Positions 11,673 to 20,289 of a stretch of 64,000 nt of DNA are shown one piece after another. The notes below the pieces were generated by a model, which was not told where the DNA came from, did not search any database, and saw nothing but the letters and a program-made list of their open reading frames with translations. The position numbers and the translations under genes are program-made. Position 1 is the first letter of the stretch. Each line of letters begins with the position of its first letter. The stretch lies in the NCBI GenBank assembly GCA_038320645.1, contig JBBQEL010000008.1:14437-78436 (forward strand), in the 5' to 3' direction. This stretch comes from Holophagales bacterium. GTDB taxonomy: Bacteria; Acidobacteriota; Holophagae; Holophagales; Holophagaceae.

Positions 11673-11831
11673 TCAGTCCTTGCGAGCCACCGGGCAGCCC
11701 CCGGAGCTGCAGTGCCCACAGGAGCCTCCTGTGGGTTGGCGGGCCGGGCGCAGGTCCTGGACCATGCTCCGGATGAAATAGAGGGCTGCCAGGCAGGCGG
11801 CGGCGACCGCGAGGAGGGTCTGGAGGGTCAT
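11673..11831 (-). CDS. FeoB-associated Cys-rich membrane protein (52 aa, not in ORF track)
   Basis: Manual translation: MTLQTLLAVAAACLAALYFIRSMVQDLRPARQPTGGSCGHCSSGGCPVARKD*. One TM plus CxxC-x4-C, starting 7 nt after the feoB stop. Confidence 0.85.
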   Translation of the reverse strand: MTLQTLLAVAAACLAALYFIRSMVQDLRPARQPTGGSCGHCSSGGCPVARKD

Positions 11832-11838
11832 GGCCGGC

Positions 11839-14010
11839 TCATGCGAAACCGAGGGCGCGGCCCACGAGCACGGTCATCCAGGCCAGGCCCCAGCCGAGCA
11901 CTAGGCCGTAGCCCACGGTGAAGGCCGCCCAGCCCCAGCTGCCAGCCTCGCGCCGGATCATCGCGATGGTGCCAAGGCAGGGCGTGTAGATGAGCGTGAA
12001 AACCATGAAGGCGAGGGCCGTGAGGGGACTCAGGCCGGAGCCGTCGCGGAGGGCGACCTGCAGGGGGCTCAGCAACTCGCCAGGTTTCGGCTCCTCGCTG
12101 GCCTGATGGATGACGGCCATGGTGGACACCACAATCTCCTTGGCGACGAAGCCTGCGGTGAGGGCGATGACATCCTTCCAGGCTTCCGGGCGCTTGTGAT
12201 CGGGATCGAGGATGGGGCGCAGCAGGGGCTCCACCTTCTGCCCCAGCCGCGCGGCCAGGCTGGTGTTGACGATCCGGCTTTCGTGAGCGAGTTGCAGGGC
12301 CTTGAGCCGTTCTTCCGATTCGGCGGGCGGCAGGTTCAGCACCGATACCGCCTGGCGCTGCTGCTGGTATTCCAGGGTCCACTCGCGGTTGGCGATGCCC
12401 GGGTAGCGGGACAGGAACCAGATCAGGGTCGCCCCCGCGAAGATGGTCGTGCCCGCACGGGTGAGGAAGATGGAGCCCTTCTCCCACATATGGATCATCG
12501 TGGCCTTCAGCACCGGGAGGCGGTAGGGGGGCAGTTCCATCACGAAGGGCGAGCTGGGCCCCGAGAACAGGGCGCTACGCAGCAGGCGGCCCATGAGCAC
12601 GGCGAGCCCCAGGCCCAGGAAGTGCATGCCGACGATGGCCAGGGCGGCCTTGAAGGGGGTGAAGAAGGTGCCGGCGATGACGATGTAGATCTGCAGCCGT
12701 GCTGAGCAGCTCACCAGGGGCGTCACCAGGATGGTGATGAGGCGGTCCTGGCGGCTTTCGATGGTGCGGGCGGCCTGGATGGCCGGCACGTTGCACCCGC
12801 TGCCCATGATAAGGGGGATGAAGCTCTTCCCGTGGAGCCCCATGACGTGCATGAAGCGGTCCATGATGAAGGCCGCCCGGGCCATGTAGCCCGTATCCTC
12901 CAGGAAGGCGATGCAGCCCATGAGGATCATGATCACGGGCATGAAGACCATCACCGCGCTCACGCCGGGAATGACGCCATCGACCAGGAGGCTCGTGAGC
13001 TCGCCGGCAGGCAGGCGGGCCCCGGCGAATTCCGACAGGGCCCTGAAGCCCGCGGCGATCCAGTCCTGGGGGATCTTCCCCAGGATGAAGGAGAGGGAAT
13101 ACATGAGGATCAATACGCCCACGAAGATGGGGATCCCGAAGATCCGGTTCGTGAGCACGGCATCCAGGCGGGCCGTGGGCGTCTTCCGATCGTCCTGCTC
13201 CGTGGCCACTTCTTTCACCAGGCCGTGGGCGAAGCCATAGCGCCGCTCGGCGACCAGCGTGGCGCCATCGGCGCCCAGGTGAGGTTCCAGGAACGCGAAG
13301 CTCTTCGCCAGCTGCTGGCTGATCGCTTCGCTGGCATGGCTTTCGGCCACGCGGCGCTTGGCCTCGGCATTGTTCTCCAGCAGCTGCAGGGCCAGCCAGC
13401 GGGGCGGCATGGCGGCTTTCAGCTGTTCATCCCGGCCGATCTCGGTCTCGAGCTTGTGCAGTTCGCCTTCGATATCGTGGCCATAATCCACGGTGATCCG
13501 CCGGCAGCGGTTGGACTCGCCCCGGGCCATGGCGGCCAACAGCGCCTTCAATTCCGTGATGCCCTGCTCGCGATTCCCCACGGTGGGGATGACCGGCCCG
13601 CCGAGCAGCAATTCCAGCGCCGGCACATCGATGCACACGCCGCGGTTCTCGGCGTCATCGACCATGTTCAGCACGAAGGCCACGGGCTTGCCGAGTTCCA
13701 GCAGCTGGGTGCTTAGATAAAGATTGCGCTCGAGGTTCGAGGCGTCGAGCACGTTCAGGACGAGATCCACCTCCGGGGAGGCCAGGAATTGCGAGGCCAC
13801 CCGCTCGTCCTCGCTGCGGGCCGATAGGGAGTAGGTCCCGGGCAGGTCCACCACTTCCAGCGAAGACCCCTCGTGCTCAAAAGTCCCGCTCCGGCGCTCG
13901 ACCGTGACGCCGGGCCAGTTGCCCACATGATGCCGGGCCCCGGTGAGGGCGTTGAACAGGGTGGTCTTGCCACAGTTGGGATTGCCGGCCAGGGCGATGG
14001 TCAAAGGCAT
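11839..14010 (-). CDS. feoB: Ferrous iron transporter B
   Basis: GNPNCGKTTLFN, NWPGVTVE, DLPGTYSL, LNMVD, MGSGCNVPA, ELPPYRLP, KEIVVSTM, YTPCLGT. Confidence 0.97.
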   Translation of the reverse strand: MPLTIALAGNPNCGKTTLFNALTGARHHVGNWPGVTVERRSGTFEHEGSSLEVVDLPGTYSLSARSEDERVASQFLASPEVDLVLNVLDASNLERNLYLSTQLLELGKPVAFVLNMVDDAENRGVCIDVPALELLLGGPVIPTVGNREQGITELKALLAAMARGESNRCRRITVDYGHDIEGELHKLETEIGRDEQLKAAMPPRWLALQLLENNAEAKRRVAESHASEAISQQLAKSFAFLEPHLGADGATLVAERRYGFAHGLVKEVATEQDDRKTPTARLDAVLTNRIFGIPIFVGVLILMYSLSFILGKIPQDWIAAGFRALSEFAGARLPAGELTSLLVDGVIPGVSAVMVFMPVIMILMGCIAFLEDTGYMARAAFIMDRFMHVMGLHGKSFIPLIMGSGCNVPAIQAARTIESRQDRLITILVTPLVSCSARLQIYIVIAGTFFTPFKAALAIVGMHFLGLGLAVLMGRLLRSALFSGPSSPFVMELPPYRLPVLKATMIHMWEKGSIFLTRAGTTIFAGATLIWFLSRYPGIANREWTLEYQQQRQAVSVLNLPPAESEERLKALQLAHESRIVNTSLAARLGQKVEPLLRPILDPDHKRPEAWKDVIALTAGFVAKEIVVSTMAVIHQASEEPKPGELLSPLQVALRDGSGLSPLTALAFMVFTLIYTPCLGTIAMIRREAGSWGWAAFTVGYGLVLGWGLAWMTVLVGRALGFA

Positions 14011-14255
14011 CAGACCACCCGATGCACGAGGATGCAGGAACTCTCATCCCGCCGAAGGGACAGGTGGTAGCCCTTGATCACGAGTTCCATGGGATCGCCC
14101 AGCGGCGCGAGCTTCTCCACCCGCAACCGAGCGCCCCGGATGAAGCCCATCTCGAGCAGCCTTTGACGCACTTGCCCCTGCGCTTGCACCAGGACGACTT
14201 CGCCCTGATCCCCAGGTTGGAGAAGACTTAAAGGTATTGGAAGATTCTGAGTCAT
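14010..14255 (-). CDS. feoA: Ferrous iron transport protein A
   Basis: RQRLLEMGFIRGARLRVEKLAPLGDPMELVIKGYHLSLRRDE. Probable ATG at 14255. Confidence 0.93.
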   Translation of the reverse strand: MTQNLPIPLSLLQPGDQGEVVLVQAQGQVRQRLLEMGFIRGARLRVEKLAPLGDPMELVIKGYHLSLRRDESSCILVHRVV

Positions 14256-14344
14256 AGTCTCAACTCCGCTTTCCAGTGTATCTAAGTCTAGGGGACCCAC
14301 AAGGGCCGGGCGGGCGGATGTGATCTCCGTCTAGACTGGTTGGA

Positions 14345-14914
14345 ATGAACAACTCCAGCCCACTTACTCTGCCCAACGCGCTGACCTTGCTGCGGATCCT
14401 GGCGATCCCCTTTTTCGCCATCGCGGTCTGGTACGGCCACCACTGGCAGGCCTTCCTCCTGTTCGCCGCCGCCGGTTTCACGGATCTGCTGGACGGCTTC
14501 ATCGCCCGAGCCTTCAATCAGCGCTCGGATCTGGGCGCCATCCTGGATCCCGCGGCCGATAAGTTGCTGATGACCACGGCCTTCATCCTGCTGGCCTGGC
14601 GCACGCAGGACATGACCGCGCCCATTCCGGTGTGGGTGGCGATCCTGGCCATCACGCGGGATCTCGTCATCTCATTCTATGCCTTCGCTTCCGTGGACCG
14701 CCTGAGCGACAGCAAGTTCCATCCGAGCCTCCTGGGGAAACTCAGCACCGCCATGCAATTGATCGCCGTAGCCCTCGGCCTGATGTTCAATGCCATCGGC
14801 TACCGGCCCTGGATGGATCCCTTCCTTCCCGAGATGTACTGGCTGGTTGCCGCCCTGGTCCTGGCCTCGGGTATCCACTACTTCATGCGCGCCACGCGGA
14901 CGCCACCGGCCTGA
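14345..14914 (+). CDS. CDP-alcohol phosphatidyltransferase (PgsA-like)
   Basis: LPNALTLLRI; TDLLDGFIARAFNQRSDLGAILDPAADK family motif. Confidence 0.9.
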   Translation: MNNSSPLTLPNALTLLRILAIPFFAIAVWYGHHWQAFLLFAAAGFTDLLDGFIARAFNQRSDLGAILDPAADKLLMTTAFILLAWRTQDMTAPIPVWVAILAITRDLVISFYAFASVDRLSDSKFHPSLLGKLSTAMQLIAVALGLMFNAIGYRPWMDPFLPEMYWLVAALVLASGIHYFMRATRTPPA

Positions 14915-14956
14915 TAGACTGGGTCTTCCGCGTCGGGAGACGCCGAAGGAGACGCC

Positions 14957-16066
14957 ATGAGAAAGTCCGCCCCGAAGGGGCCGAGAACCGCGCCCGCCCC
15001 GAAGAAAGCCACCACGGCCCGCCCGGTGGGACGCCCCGGCGCGCGCCCAACCGCGGATGCCACAGACCGTCCAGCCCGGCGCACGACCTCGCGACCCGCT
15101 GCGGACGCTGCTGGCCGGCCGACCCGGCGCCCGGCACCGCGGCCAACCGCGGAAGCCAGCGACCGTCCGGTGAGGCGTCCGGGTACGCGGTCGGCGGCTG
15201 ATCCCACCGCTCGTCCGGCGGGACGCCCAGCCCCCCGCCCCGCCGCAGGCGCAGCCGCGAAGCCGCGTTTCGGCAGGAAACCAGTCACTCCAAGGGTGAA
15301 TCCGGACACCCCCAAGCCGGTGGCCGCACCCAAGGCTGCGCCCCGGGCGAAAGGTCCCGGTCAGGAGCGTCTGCAGAAGATTCTGGCCGCCGCCGGCATC
15401 GCCAGCCGCAGGGCCTGCGAAGAAATCATCCTTGAAGGCCGGGTGCAGGTGAACGGGAAGACCATCACCGAACTGGGCACCCTCGCCAACCCCCGCCGGG
15501 ACGAGATCACGGTGAATTTCCAGCCCATCGAGCGCGAGGCACCCGTCTACATCCTCATGAACAAGCCCAAGGGCTATGTCACTACCGTGAAGGACGACCG
15601 GGGGCGGCCCACGGTGATGGCCCTCCTGAATGATGTCCCCGGGCGCCTGTACCCCGTGGGCCGCCTCGATTTCAACTCCGAGGGTCTGCTGCTGATGACC
15701 AACGATGGCGCCCTCGCGCAGGTGCTCATGGGGCCGGAACACGAGATCCCCAAGGTCTATCTGGTCAAGGTCCACCGGAATCCCAGCCCAGGACTGATCA
15801 AGGAGTTCCAGGAGGGCTTCCTGCTCAGCGGGAGGCGCCTGAAACCCTGCCACATCGAGATCGCGGAGAAGGGCGACAACCCCTGGCTGAAGGTCACCCT
15901 CACGGAGGGCAAGAACCAGCAGATCCGCCGCATGTTCGCCGCTGTGGGCCATCCCGTCAGCAAGCTGCGCCGGGTGCAGTTCGGCCCCCTGGCCGATCCC
16001 CTGCTCAAACCGGGCTCCTGGCGCTTCCTGAGCCCCCAGGAGATTGCTGCGGTCAAAAGCCTCTGA
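14957..16066 (+). CDS. rluB: RsuA/RluB-family pseudouridine synthase with long Arg/Pro/Ala N-terminal extension
   Basis: ERLQKILAAAGIASRRACEEII (S4), MNKPKGYVTT, YPVGRLDFNSEGLLLMTNDG, EGKNQQIRRMF. Confidence 0.9.
   Translation: MRKSAPKGPRTAPAPKKATTARPVGRPGARPTADATDRPARRTTSRPAADAAGRPTRRPAPRPTAEASDRPVRRPGTRSAADPTARPAGRPAPRPAAGAAAKPRFGRKPVTPRVNPDTPKPVAAPKAAPRAKGPGQERLQKILAAAGIASRRACEEIILEGRVQVNGKTITELGTLANPRRDEITVNFQPIEREAPVYILMNKPKGYVTTVKDDRGRPTVMALLNDVPGRLYPVGRLDFNSEGLLLMTNDGALAQVLMGPEHEIPKVYLVKVHRNPSPGLIKEFQEGFLLSGRRLKPCHIEIAEKGDNPWLKVTLTEGKNQQIRRMFAAVGHPVSKLRRVQFGPLADPLLKPGSWRFLSPQEIAAVKSL
15050..15241 (+). repeat. Four degenerate 16-aa (48-bp) tandem repeats in the RluB N-terminal tail
   Basis: TADATDRPARRTTSRP / AADAAGRPTRRPAPRP / TAEASDRPVRRPGTRS / AADPTARPAGRPAPRP. 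Confidence 0.75.
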
Positions 16067-16116
16067 CCGCACGCCACCCACCACCCGGGCGCCTTCGACT
16101 GCCGACGGCGTCCGGG

Positions 16117-16560
16117 TCAGGACAGGATGAGGCTCCGCACCGCCAGGAGGACCTCGCGCAGAAAGAATACCAGCGCGGCCACGAAGGCGGCCATGGCCAG
16201 GATGAAGAGCGAGGCCACGATCATCGCCACATTGGCCTTCATCACTGCGCCAAGGAAAACGGTGGCGATGCTGACACAGACCAGCAGGGCCGCCGTGGTG
16301 CCCGAAGTGATGCCAAAGTTCACCAACTCCCGGCGGCGGGCCAGGGTGCGCATTTCCTCGTGGATGACCGGCGCCCGATCCTCCGATGCCGTTTCGAGCC
16401 GGTCATGCAGTGCACGTGCCCGATCCACGATGCGGGCCAGCCGATTGGACATCACGCCGAGGATGGTGCCGATGGATGTCAGCAGGAAGACCGGCGCCAC
16501 CGACAGCTGGATGACATGGGAGATGTCGGTGATGGTCTGGTCGGAGACGGGTGCGGGCAT
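16117..16560 (-). CDS. DUF2721-like membrane protein
   Basis: IQLSVAPVFLLTSIG...NRLARIVDRAR; three hydrophobic segments; FLREVLLA. Confidence 0.8.
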   Translation of the reverse strand: MPAPVSDQTITDISHVIQLSVAPVFLLTSIGTILGVMSNRLARIVDRARALHDRLETASEDRAPVIHEEMRTLARRRELVNFGITSGTTAALLVCVSIATVFLGAVMKANVAMIVASLFILAMAAFVAALVFFLREVLLAVRSLILS

Positions 16561-16566
16561 ACCTAT

Positions 16567-16638
16567 AGCTATCAGCTCTCACCCATCGGCGGCCAGAAAA
16601 AGATGGCCCCTCGTAGCTGACAGCCGACAGCCGGCAAC
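16567..16638. repeat. Opposed heptamer arrays (GCTRTCR unit) forming a palindromic intergenic element
   Basis: Left arm gctatca-gctctca-cccatcg; right arm (reverse complement) gttgccg-gctgtcg-gctgtca-gctacg. Confidence 0.65.
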
Positions 16639-16640
16639 GC

Positions 16641-17300
16641 CTAAAGCGCTTCCTCTTCGAAATCCAGCATATGGCCGCTCTTGCGCGCCTTGGTCTTGAG
16701 GTAGCGCAGGTTGTGGGGGTTCGATGCCAGTTGGTGGCGTTCGCGTTCCACCTCGATACCCGCCAATTCCAGGGCGCCGATCTTCCGTGGATTGTTGGTG
16801 AGCAGCTTCACCTGAGTGATGCCGAAGAACTTCAGCATCTCCACCGCGCAGTCGTAAGTGCGCAAATCATCGGGGAAGCCCAGCGAGTGATTGGCCTCCA
16901 CGGTATCAAGTCCCTGCTCCTGGAGGGCATAGGCCTTGAGCTTGTTCAAAAGGCCGATGCCGCGACCCTCCTGGCGCAGGTAAAGCACCATGCCGCCACG
17001 CTCGGCCACGTGGCGCAGGCCTTCTTCCAACTGCTGGCGGCAGTCGCACTTCAGGCTGCCGAGCACATCACCGGTCCAGCATTCCGAGTGGATGCGCACC
17101 GCGATGCGCTGACGGGCATCGATCTCTCCCGAGACGATGGCGAGGTGCTCCTTGCCAGTGGCGTGTTCGAGGAAGCCGTAGACGGTGAACTTCCCGAAGA
17201 TGGAGGGGACATTCGCCTTCGCGATGAAGGGGACTTTGTCCGCCTGCAGCTTGCAGAAGAGTTCAAGTTTCGGGGCGCTGCTGGGTTCTTTGGGCGACAT
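16641..17300 (-). CDS. ribA: GTP cyclohydrolase II
   Basis: VRIHSECWTGDVLGSLKCDCRQQL, LRQEGRGIGLLNKLKAYALQ, LLTNNPRK, YLKTKARKSGH. Confidence 0.96.
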   Translation of the reverse strand: MSPKEPSSAPKLELFCKLQADKVPFIAKANVPSIFGKFTVYGFLEHATGKEHLAIVSGEIDARQRIAVRIHSECWTGDVLGSLKCDCRQQLEEGLRHVAERGGMVLYLRQEGRGIGLLNKLKAYALQEQGLDTVEANHSLGFPDDLRTYDCAVEMLKFFGITQVKLLTNNPRKIGALELAGIEVERERHQLASNPHNLRYLKTKARKSGHMLDFEEEAL

Positions 17301-17401
17301 GGAAGTCCAGGAACAAGTGAGTCAAACCATTGGATGCCACTAAGGAAGAAAAGGGAGCCCAAATTCGGGAATGGATCCAGGAATCCACGGCACCTTCATC
17401 G

Positions 17402-18400
17402 TCATTCAATAATATCGCATCTCATTTGAGCCATTACAGCCGCCTCTACTTTGGCGATGAAACCCTCGAGAGGCTCGGCCACCTTGGCTCCCGAAGCCAA
17501 CCGGTGGCCACCACCGCCGAACTGGCGGCAGACCTGGTTCACATCGACCCTCTCCCGGGATCTCAGGCTGACTTTGGCGCGGCCGTCCGGCGTCTCCGAG
17601 AAGAGCGCCGCCACCTCCACCCCCTTGAGCTTGCGGGGCTCGTCCACCAGTTCGTCCAGATCTTCGGGCGTGGCACCGCAGGCGGCCAGATCGGCCGTCG
17701 TCACTGCAACGTAGGCGAATCGCCCACCGTCCCGCAATTGCAGGCCGCTCATGGCGCGGCCGAAGAGCTTGAGCTTCGCGGGAGTGGCCGTCTGGTAGAG
17801 TGCGTTATAGGTGCGGGCGGGGTGGACGCCCTGAGCGATGAGATCGGCCGCGGCGCGATGGATTTTCGGAGTGCTGTTGGAGTGCCGGAAATTGCCGGTG
17901 TCGCTCACGAGACCGGCGTACAGGGCCTGGGCCACCAGCGGAGGCAGGTCCCCTTCGAGGCGGGAGCGCAGGAGGTCATAGACCAGTTCCGCGCTGGCAC
18001 TCGCAGTGGAATCCGTGAACTCGGCATCGAAGCCCTGGGGCGCATCCTTCAGGTGATGATCAAGACAGGCGCGATCAGCCTTCGTTGCGCGGAAAGCGGC
18101 GAACAACGGCCCCATCCGGTGCGGCTCCGAGGCATCCGTGAGCAGCCAGGCATCCGGCCAGGCGGCCAGGTCGCCATGGATCCCCTCCGGATCGTAACTC
18201 TCGATCCAGCCTTCAGGATCCAGGAAGCGCAGATTCTCGGGCAGGGAAGGCGTCACGACGATGCGCGCCTCCTTCCCCAAGGCCTTCAAGTGCGCGGCAA
18301 GGGCCAGGGAGGCACCCACGCCGTCCCCGTCCGGATTCTCATGGGTGGTGAGAAGAACCCGGGCGTGGCGATCGAGAAAGGCGGCAAAGCGATCCAGCAT
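17402..18400 (-). CDS. nrnA: DHH-family phosphoesterase (NrnA-like oligoribonuclease/pAp phosphatase)
   Basis: THENPDGDGVG, DHH, DTGNFRHSN, SLRS...GGGGHRLASG. Confidence 0.88.
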   Translation of the reverse strand: MLDRFAAFLDRHARVLLTTHENPDGDGVGASLALAAHLKALGKEARIVVTPSLPENLRFLDPEGWIESYDPEGIHGDLAAWPDAWLLTDASEPHRMGPLFAAFRATKADRACLDHHLKDAPQGFDAEFTDSTASASAELVYDLLRSRLEGDLPPLVAQALYAGLVSDTGNFRHSNSTPKIHRAAADLIAQGVHPARTYNALYQTATPAKLKLFGRAMSGLQLRDGGRFAYVAVTTADLAACGATPEDLDELVDEPRKLKGVEVAALFSETPDGRAKVSLRSRERVDVNQVCRQFGGGGHRLASGAKVAEPLEGFIAKVEAAVMAQMRCDIIE

Positions 18401-18417
18401 GAATTCTGACCTCGATA

Positions 18418-19485
18418 TCAAAGCTGTTCCTTCTTGCTCTCTAGGCTTCCGGGCTTGAAGGCCTTGAGTTCGTGCACCACTTCAGCCAGCATGGCCCGCT
18501 TCAGGGCGTAGGGCAGGAAGGCGCTCTTGAAGCCCATGATGATGACTTCCTTGATCTCTTCGAGGCTGAAGCCCAACTCTTCGTGGATGATCTGGAATTC
18601 GCGGCTGACCGTGGTGCCGGTGACCATGCGGTTGTCCGTATTGACCGTGACGCGCAGACCCAGGTCGTAGAAGAGGCGGATGGGGTGATCGGCCATCTTC
18701 TTGACGGCCTTGGTCTGCACGTTGCTCGAGGGGCAGCATTCCAGGGGGATGCGGTGATCGTTGACGTAGTTCAGCAGATCGCCATCCTCGATGAGCCGCA
18801 CGCCGTGCCCGATGCGATGGGCGCCACAGAGGTGGATGGCCTGATGGATGCTTTCGGGGCCATAGGCCTCACCGGCATGGAGGGTGCAGTTGATGTTGTT
18901 CTGGAGCACGCGCCCGAAGGCGTCCTTGTGGCGCTTGGCCGGGAAGTTCTCCTCGGCGCCCGCGAGGTCGAAGCCCACCACGCCCTTGTTCTTGAAGGCC
19001 ACGGTGAGGTCCGCCAGCCGCAGGGAAATGTCCGGCGAGATGTGGCGCATGCCACAAAGGATGACGCCGGTCTTGATGTTGTACTTCCGCTCGGCCTGGG
19101 CCAGGCCTTCCAGCACCGCCTGCACGATGGCGTGGAGCGTGAGCCCGTTCTGCTGGTGCAGGATGGGGCTGTAGCGGACCTCCAGATAGCGGACATTCTC
19201 CTGGGCGGCATCCTCGGCCAATTCGAAAGAGGTCCGGACCAGGCTGTCGTAGGTCTGCATCACGGACAGGGTCACGTCGAAAGCGCGGAGGTACTCCACC
19301 AAGGACTTGCAGTCGTCGCCCACTTCCACAAATGGGCGCAACCCCTCGATGGAGTCGGCGGGAAGCTTCACTTTCTGCTCGGCAGCCAGCTCGAGGATGG
19401 TCGGGATCCGCAGGCTGCCGTCCAGATGGACATGCAGATCGGTCTTGGGAAGGCGCTGGAGGTCCTGGATCGTGAGTTTAGCCAT
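18418..19485 (-). CDS. add: Adenosine deaminase
   Basis: PKTDLHVHLDGS, FDLAGAE, HAGE, HRIGHG, ECCPSSN, VNTDN. Confidence 0.93.
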   Translation of the reverse strand: MAKLTIQDLQRLPKTDLHVHLDGSLRIPTILELAAEQKVKLPADSIEGLRPFVEVGDDCKSLVEYLRAFDVTLSVMQTYDSLVRTSFELAEDAAQENVRYLEVRYSPILHQQNGLTLHAIVQAVLEGLAQAERKYNIKTGVILCGMRHISPDISLRLADLTVAFKNKGVVGFDLAGAEENFPAKRHKDAFGRVLQNNINCTLHAGEAYGPESIHQAIHLCGAHRIGHGVRLIEDGDLLNYVNDHRIPLECCPSSNVQTKAVKKMADHPIRLFYDLGLRVTVNTDNRMVTGTTVSREFQIIHEELGFSLEEIKEVIIMGFKSAFLPYALKRAMLAEVVHELKAFKPGSLESKKEQL

Positions 19486-19509
19486 GGCCAAGAATACCCG
19501 GTTCGCGGG

Positions 19510-19544
19510 GCTGTCAGCTGTCGGCTATCGGCTGTCGGCTGTAA
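19510..19544. repeat. Five tandem heptamers (gctgtca gctgtcg gctatcg gctgtcg gctgtaa)
   Basis: Read directly; same unit as the 16567-16638 element. Confidence 0.8.
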
Positions 19545-19588
19545 GATTCCAGCCCAAGAGTCAGGCACCCCTCCGGATAATAGACAGA

Positions 19589-19615
19589 GCAAGACCCGGC
19601 TCCGCCGGGTCTTGC
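19589..19615 (-). terminator. 12-bp perfect hairpin downstream of fur
   Basis: gcaagacccggc-tcc-gccgggtcttgc; only a weak T tract on the minus strand. Confidence 0.5.
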
Positions 19616-19622
19616 GAGGGGG

Positions 19623-19678
19623 TCCGGGGGGAGGCTTCAGGTCCGCGAGCTGGCGAGCGGGAGCAGCCTCCCCCCGGA
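19623..19678. repeat. 14-bp perfect inverted repeat with 28-nt spacer just after the fur stop
   Basis: tccggggggaggct ... agcctccccccgga. Confidence 0.65.
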
Positions 19679-19684
19679 AAATAT

Positions 19685-20185
19685 TCAGGTGTTCAACTGA
19701 CTCAGGCGATGGGCGAGGACAGAATCATCCGTGGCACGGCTCTGACAGGCTTTGCACAGGCCGAAGATCTGATGGCTGTGGTGCATCGGGCGGAAGGTGA
19801 ATTCCCGGCAGATCTGCTCCTGGAGCGCCTCCAGATCGGGCCGGAAGAATTCGATGATGGCATCGCAGTTCAGGCAGATCAGGTGGTCATGGTGCTCATC
19901 GCTGCGCACGGCCTCATAGTGCGCGTGCTGATCGCCGAAGCTGCTCTTCCGCACCAGGCCACACTGCACCAGCAGATCCAGGGTCCGGTAGACCGTAGCC
20001 CGGCTGACCGCCTTGCCCTTCTGCTTCAGGGCCATGTGCAATTGGTCGGCATCGAAATGATGGGCCTGACCGAAGACCTCCTCGACCAGCTCCAGCCGCT
20101 CGCCAGTCAGTTTCAGCTGACGGGAGCGCAGAAAGGTCTCGAAGCGCTGCTGTTCCTCAGGCCGTTCGATCTTGGGCTTGCGCAT
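19685..20185 (-). CDS. fur: Fur-family transcriptional regulator
   Basis: LKLTGERLEL, HHFDADQL, VSRATVYRTLDLL, HHDHLICLNC, GLCKAC. Confidence 0.92.
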   Translation of the reverse strand: MRKPKIERPEEQQRFETFLRSRQLKLTGERLELVEEVFGQAHHFDADQLHMALKQKGKAVSRATVYRTLDLLVQCGLVRKSSFGDQHAHYEAVRSDEHHDHLICLNCDAIIEFFRPDLEALQEQICREFTFRPMHHSHQIFGLCKACQSRATDDSVLAHRLSQLNT

Positions 20186-20289
20186 GGGACCCTCGGCGGG
20201 AAGTCTACACGATTTATCCCAAGGTTAACATTTTACAAATGTAAACACAGGTATTACCATGAGAGGTTCGTATACATAATGGAGTCCAC

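Noticed and set aside
14256-14344. Fur box upstream of feoA
   Set aside because: No match to the 19-bp consensus despite a fur gene 5 kb away.
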